Shown here piece by piece: positions 59,261 through 64,000 of a DNA stretch of 64,000 nt (positions are counted from its first letter, which is position 1; each line of letters begins with the position of its first letter). Position numbers and translations under genes: made by a program. The notes below the pieces were generated by a model that was not told where the DNA came from, ran no database searches, and worked only from the letters and a program-made list of their open reading frames with translations. Origin of the DNA: Longimicrobiales bacterium (GTDB lineage: Bacteria; Gemmatimonadota; Gemmatimonadetes; Longimicrobiales; Gaopeijiaceae); the NCBI GenBank assembly GCA_965248195.1, contig CBDFIQ010000001.1, forward strand, positions 640,001-704,000. Direction: 5' to 3'.

Positions 59261-60521
59261 GGGTCGGAGCAGCCAGAGCCGGAGCAGCCAGCGCTGGAGC
59301 AGCCAGCGCTGGAGCGGCCAGAGCAATCCTGGTCAGTTCGAGGATCTTCCTCTGTGCTACCGGGAGCGGGAGGTGTTCGACTTGGTCCGTCAAAACCCAC
59401 GCGTGTTCCTCCGGCACGAGCTCCCCCGACGGGGCGAGCCCCTCCGACGGCACGAGCTCCTCCGACTGGGCGGGCCCGTCCGAACGGATCCCTTCCGCCT
59501 CCCATGATCGCGCGCTGGCCACCAACATCGGACGATACACAGCTTTGAGATGGGTGAAGGCATGGTGGACTTCCGGCAGGACCCTGAAGCGGTCGGTCCC
59601 GGAGGCAAACTGGACGCCCAGATCCTCCAAGCGGGCCCGGCATCGTTCGTAGAACGAGTCGCCTACACGCAGTTCACCCCCCATAGGCCTGGGGCCTTCA
59701 GGTGTGCGGTCCCCCGCCCCGATCTCGACCGCCGGAAACTCCCAGAGGCCACCGAGGAGCCCGTGGGGCGGACGACGGACCATGAGCAACTCGCCGTCCG
59801 GGTTCAGCGCCACCAGCACCGCGTAGGAGACGGTGCGCACGCGCGGCCGGCGCATCGAGGCGGGTCTCAGCTCCCGTGTACCCTCGGCCAGGGCCCGGCA
59901 TTCTCCCTTCAAAGGACATATCGTGCACCGGGGCGATCGGGGAGTGCAAACCGTGGCCCCCAGCTCCATGAGCGCCTGGTTCCAATCCCCGGGACGATCG
60001 GGATCGACGAGCTCGCCGGCTCGCTCCCGTAGGGTCGCAGCCGTAGGGTCCTCGAGGTCGAAGAGTCGGGACAACACGCGCCGCACGTTCCCATCCACGG
60101 CGGGCACCACCTCCCCGTAGGCGATGCTCGCGATGGCGCCCGCGCTGTACTCGCCGATGCCCGGAAGCGTCTTGAGACCCTGGGAGTCCTGCGGAAGCAC
60201 CCCGCCGAGCCGCTCCCTAACGATCAGGGCCGAACGATGGAGGTTCCGGGCCCGCGAATAATAGCCGAGCCCCTCCCATGCCTTCAGGACGGTCTCCTCG
60301 TCCACACCGGCAAGTGCCTCGACCGTGGGAAAACGCTCCATCCAGCGGTCGTAGTACGGAATCGCGGTCTCCACACGCGTCTGCTGGAGCATGATTTCGG
60401 AGACCCAGACGCAATATGGATCCTGGTTTTCTCGCCACGGGAGCTCACGGCGGTGGGCGTCGTAGTGCTCCAAGAGGAGCTTTCGGATTCGGCGGGGGTC
60501 GAGGAGGAATCGTGGCCTCAC
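59250..60521 (-). CDS. mutY: A/G-specific adenine glycosylase
   Basis: WVSEIMLQQT, WEGLGYYSRARNL, HhH LPGIG, VDGNVRRV, C-x6-C-x2-C-x5-C; GTG start with AGGAG SD. Confidence 0.93.
   Translation of the reverse strand: MRPRFLLDPRRIRKLLLEHYDAHRRELPWRENQDPYCVWVSEIMLQQTRVETAIPYYDRWMERFPTVEALAGVDEETVLKAWEGLGYYSRARNLHRSALIVRERLGGVLPQDSQGLKTLPGIGEYSAGAIASIAYGEVVPAVDGNVRRVLSRLFDLEDPTAATLRERAGELVDPDRPGDWNQALMELGATVCTPRSPRCTICPLKGECRALAEGTRELRPASMRRPRVRTVSYAVLVALNPDGELLMVRRPPHGLLGGLWEFPAVEIGAGDRTPEGPRPMGGELRVGDSFYERCRARLEDLGVQFASGTDRFRVLPEVHHAFTHLKAVYRPMLVASARSWEAEGIRSDGPAQSEELVPSEGLAPSGELVPEEHAWVLTDQVEHLPLPVAQRKILELTRIALAAPALAAPALAAPALAAPTPTR
59266..59324. repeat. About 4 x 15-bp tandem repeat in the mutY 3' end (APALA units)
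   Basis: GGAGCAGCCAG(A/C)GC(C/T) repeated. Confidence 0.85.
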
Positions 60522-60528
60522 CCCGCTC

Positions 60529-62814
60529 CTACCCCCCAAGCACGTTGAACTGCCGGGTATACTTCAGGATCACCGAGCGACCGAGGGGACCGTCGAGTTG
60601 GTCGATCCCCTGGATATCATTGTAGACGATGAATAATCCCGTCCCCGCCGTGTTCAGCCATCCGAAGCGCAGGTTCGCCGAGAGACGATCGATCTGATCG
60701 CTGTACTGGATGAGCGATTGAAGATAGATCCGCGACGTGAAGAAATACCCCAAGTTCACGCCCACGAGGGTCGTCTCGAAGTCACCCTCGGGAAGGTCGA
60801 TATCGTTGTAGTCCAGGGTGACAGACGACGTGAACGCCGCCCCGCTCCTCAAAGTGACCCCGACCCTGGCGTTCCAAAGATTGCCAGACAAGAAACTCCC
60901 AGCGGTGACCGCGCTGTTCAGCGAAAAATCGGCTGAGCGATTCGTGTTGAAGACGAGTTGGCCTTCCCACCCGTCGTACGTTCCGGGAGGCACCACCACG
61001 TCCGTGCCGCTGATCTCGAAGGGCTCGAAAAGCCCCTCCCGAACCCAGTTGGCGGTCGTGAAGACCACCATTCCGTCGGGCCATTCCCAGTGGGTATCGA
61101 GGTGGAGGCGACTCGACTCCTCGAATCCCTTTGCGACCCCGGTCCGCCGACTCCGAAACGTATCGAAAGACACGTGGGGGCGGATCTCCCTCAGGAACCC
61201 GCCGGGCCGAACGAATCGCTGGACACGCGTCGAGTAAGACCGGTATCCGTCCCGCGGGACAAAGCCCACTTCGGGATTGAAGTTTTCCCCGATTTCACGT
61301 ATGCCAGCGCTCGCGTCCCAACTTCGACTGGCCCATGCCGCGTTGGCATCGTAGGCGAGCTCGTCACCCGACAGCCCCGGCGTCTCCGTCTGTGCAACGA
61401 AGGAGGAGAGCGTCACCGCTTCACCGATCGCGACCCGCGCATCCGCGGCGTAGGTCCTGTTGTAGTCACCGGAGGACTCGCCGTTTCGATCGATGAACAG
61501 GGCTCCAACCCGCGAGCGGTTGGGTAACTCCCGGGCGATACGGGCCACCGAATAGGCATTGTCCGGCTGAATTCCGTCGGCGCCATTGGTCTGGATGTGG
61601 AGAAGACCGACGTTGAAGCCACCGGCCCTACCGGACAGGCGTGCTCCACCCCTGATCGGGACCTGCTCGCCGTCCGCGATCCCGATGTTTCGGCTGAAGA
61701 AAAGATCCGCACCCCTCCCACCCACGGTGAAAAACCCCGCATTCTCCAAGAAGAAGGGTCTCTTTTCTGGGAAGAGAAGCGAGAACCGTGTGAGATTCAC
61801 CTGCTGGTTGTCCACCTCGACCTGGGCGAAGTCGGTGTTCGCGGTCACATCGAAAGTCAGACCCTGCGTCACCTGGATCTTGGCCTCGCCACCGAAATCC
61901 GCCTGTTCGTTGAACGACGTCTCACCCCCCTCGTAATTCCGCGCTGTCGAGGTCAGGGCGTACGGCGTCACGGTGGCCAAGCGCCGGAAGGGGGGCGTAA
62001 GTCCCTCGAGATCGCCGGCATAGTTCAAGCGGTAGAGATTGAACTCCCGGGGCACGGGAGACCAGAAGGACTCCTCGTTCAGCCGTCGGATCCGGCGGGC
62101 TACGTTGAAACCCCAGGACGGGCTGTCCGTCCCGTAGCGCAGCGTATTGAAGGGAATGCGGAACTCGGCGTACCACCCCTCTCCGTCGAGAGAGGTCGCC
62201 ACCGTCCAGCTCCCGTCCCAATTCTTGTTGAACCCGCCGCCCGACCCGGACTGGAAACGACGTTGGCCACCTCCCCCGCCGCCGCCACCGCCGCCGCTTC
62301 CGAAACGTCCCCCACCCCGACCCTCGTTGGCGACTTGGCCGTCGTACTCGATGCCGGCAGGCGTCGTGCCGAACACGAATCCGTTTTGTTCGTCTTTGTA
62401 GGTGTCGAAGATGAGGATCACGTTATCGCTCTGCTCGACCTGGTAGTCCCGGATGCGCTCCCCTGGGACGATGGCATCGGGCCGGCTGTCGAACGCCCAG
62501 ACCCCCACGTAGAGAGCCTCATCGTCGAAGACGACCCTGACCGCGGTGCGTTCCGACGCGGGCTGCCCGTCCTGGGGCTCCCGCTGCGTGAAGCTGGTCA
62601 TCGGTACTGCACGCTGCCACGCCGCATCGTCGAGGCGGCCGTCGATCACCGGCGGACTCGAAATCCCGGCCGCAACGGCCACTCCAATCGGGAGGGTGGT
62701 GGTGGCGCCAGCTCCGGCGGAGCCGGGGTTTTCCTGCGCGGTGAGGGTGGAAGCCATACAGACGGCTAGGAGCCCGGCCATTGAGAAGCGTATCGTCATC
62801 AGCGAGTCAGTCAT
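60529..62814 (-). CDS. Exported CBM9-like/DUF5916 domain protein (probable outer-membrane barrel)
   Basis: Signal peptide; PVIDGRLDD, GWYAEFRIPF, NTDFAQVEVD, FPEKRPFFLE, FFSRNIG. Confidence 0.8.
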   Translation of the reverse strand: MTDSLMTIRFSMAGLLAVCMASTLTAQENPGSAGAGATTTLPIGVAVAAGISSPPVIDGRLDDAAWQRAVPMTSFTQREPQDGQPASERTAVRVVFDDEALYVGVWAFDSRPDAIVPGERIRDYQVEQSDNVILIFDTYKDEQNGFVFGTTPAGIEYDGQVANEGRGGGRFGSGGGGGGGGGGQRRFQSGSGGGFNKNWDGSWTVATSLDGEGWYAEFRIPFNTLRYGTDSPSWGFNVARRIRRLNEESFWSPVPREFNLYRLNYAGDLEGLTPPFRRLATVTPYALTSTARNYEGGETSFNEQADFGGEAKIQVTQGLTFDVTANTDFAQVEVDNQQVNLTRFSLLFPEKRPFFLENAGFFTVGGRGADLFFSRNIGIADGEQVPIRGGARLSGRAGGFNVGLLHIQTNGADGIQPDNAYSVARIARELPNRSRVGALFIDRNGESSGDYNRTYAADARVAIGEAVTLSSFVAQTETPGLSGDELAYDANAAWASRSWDASAGIREIGENFNPEVGFVPRDGYRSYSTRVQRFVRPGGFLREIRPHVSFDTFRSRRTGVAKGFEESSRLHLDTHWEWPDGMVVFTTANWVREGLFEPFEISGTDVVVPPGTYDGWEGQLVFNTNRSADFSLNSAVTAGSFLSGNLWNARVGVTLRSGAAFTSSVTLDYNDIDLPEGDFETTLVGVNLGYFFTSRIYLQSLIQYSDQIDRLSANLRFGWLNTAGTGLFIVYNDIQGIDQLDGPLGRSVILKYTRQFNVLGG

Positions 62815-63015
62815 TCAGGGGAAATAACGGAACGAGCTAAGAAGATGGAACGAGCTAAGAAGGTAGCCAAATGAAGACGAAGACGCGTCGGGGGCCGGTC
62901 GACCCGTCGCTCGCTCCTGCGCAGTCAAACCGCAGCAGCGAAGTGGCCACCGCACTCAGCGTCGGTTAAACTTGATTAAGGAGATATAGGGTCCAACCCA
63001 TCGTCCGGCTCAACT

Positions 63016-64000
63016 ATGCGATTTGCGACCTACACTAAATATCGAGGCGGCTGGCTCGATGCCCTGAACCTCGAGGGCCTCATGGAATCCCTCTCGGATT
63101 TTTTCATGAACGGAGGCTTTGCGGGCGGGCCCAACTACCATCCCTACTGGGGATGGTCGGGACTCGAGGACACGAGTTCGGTGGACGCTCTGAAGAGCGC
63201 CCTCCTCAAGGCGCTGGTCGAGAGTGGTCAACTCACGCAAGAAATGGTCGAGGAGCTACGTGGCGAGGGTCAGGGAGACGAAGCAGTTCAGCAGCAGATC
63301 GCCGACCTCCTGGACGAGCTGATCCAACGCATGGTCGAGGAGGGTTATCTGACGTTGGAGCAGGGGGCACCGACCATGCCCGGAGCCGTCCAGGACGTCA
63401 CTGGAATGGGCGAGATCGACGAGGCCAAGGAGGCTGCCCAGACGGTGAAATTCAACCTCACCCAGAAGGGCACGGACTTCCTTGGGTACGGGGCCCTCAA
63501 GAGCCTTCTCTCGGCGATCGGAACATCCAGTCTCGGCTCTCACGAAACGCCCCACCTGGCGACCGGTATCGAGGCCGACGCGACGAGCAAGCCCTACGAG
63601 TTCGGTGACACGCTGAACCTCGACGTTCCCGCAACGCTCAAAAACGCCATCGAGCGGGAGGGACTCGGTGTTCCGCTGAACATCGACTATGAGGACCTCA
63701 TGGTGCACCAGACAGAGTACCGGTCCTCATGCGCCACGGTGCTGATGCTCGACATCTCGCATTCGATGATCCTATACGGGGAGGATCGCTTCACTCCGGC
63801 CAAGCGCGTTGCGCTGGCTCTCTCCCACCTCATCCGCACGCGCTTCCCGGGAGACTCCCTCCACGTCGTCACGTTCGGAGATCAAGCGGAGGAGATCCCC
63901 CTGAGCCAGTTGGCGAAAGCTCAGGTGGGGCCCTTCCACACGAATACGGCGGAGGGACTGCTCCTAGCGCGAAACATTCTGAAGGCGCAGAAGAAGGACA
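63016..64000 (+). CDS. VWA (von Willebrand A) domain protein; runs off the window end
   Basis: ATG 63016 (MRFATYTKY...) open to the end; MIDAS LDISHSM, KPYEFGDTLNLD; absent from the ORF track because it has no stop. Confidence 0.85.
   Translation, partial: MRFATYTKYRGGWLDALNLEGLMESLSDFFMNGGFAGGPNYHPYWGWSGLEDTSSVDALKSALLKALVESGQLTQEMVEELRGEGQGDEAVQQQIADLLDELIQRMVEEGYLTLEQGAPTMPGAVQDVTGMGEIDEAKEAAQTVKFNLTQKGTDFLGYGALKSLLSAIGTSSLGSHETPHLATGIEADATSKPYEFGDTLNLDVPATLKNAIEREGLGVPLNIDYEDLMVHQTEYRSSCATVLMLDISHSMILYGEDRFTPAKRVALALSHLIRTRFPGDSLHVVTFGDQAEEIPLSQLAKAQVGPFHTNTAEGLLLARNILKAQKKD

Noticed and set aside
63153..63608. 151-aa + strand ORF in the track
   Set aside because: Wrong frame; the real gene is the VWA ORF from 63016 that runs off the window.

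Overview
GC-rich bacterial chromosomal window, mostly housekeeping genes. Gene content and style suggest Gemmatimonadota, but that is an inference. In order it holds: the end of a sigma-70 factor, an outer-membrane barrel gene, ssb, polA, a cold-shock gene, a TPR-lytic transglycosylase, a lone ExbB/TolQ, an Opp/Dpp ABC transporter with two tandem binding proteins, lipoate ligase/gcvP/gcvH, acyl-CoA dehydrogenase-tatA-trmJ, an alternative complex III operon (actABCEF, no actD), MoxR-DUF58-transglutaminase, a luxE-luxC pair, a disrupted Ig-repeat/LRR lipoprotein gene, D-aminoacylase, M28 peptidase, YpdA, PAS-GGDEF-EAL, Skp, YgfZ, SirB1, selD, lon, ETF-QO, an AAA ATPase, mutY, a DUF5916-like protein and a partial VWA gene. 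Strongest signals not shown by the ORF track: (1) a 309-bp, CTAG-flanked, almost fully self-complementary non-coding element with 34-bp terminal inverted repeats, sitting 2 bp upstream of the polA start codon; (2) selD as a selenoprotein, with an in-frame UGA and a SECIS-like hairpin; (3) a surface Ig/LRR lipoprotein broken by a TAG and a G10 slippage tract; (4) a 4x24-bp palindrome-containing array just upstream of ETF-QO; (5) several in-frame deletions and gene remnants. No rRNA, tRNA, CRISPR array or transposase was seen.
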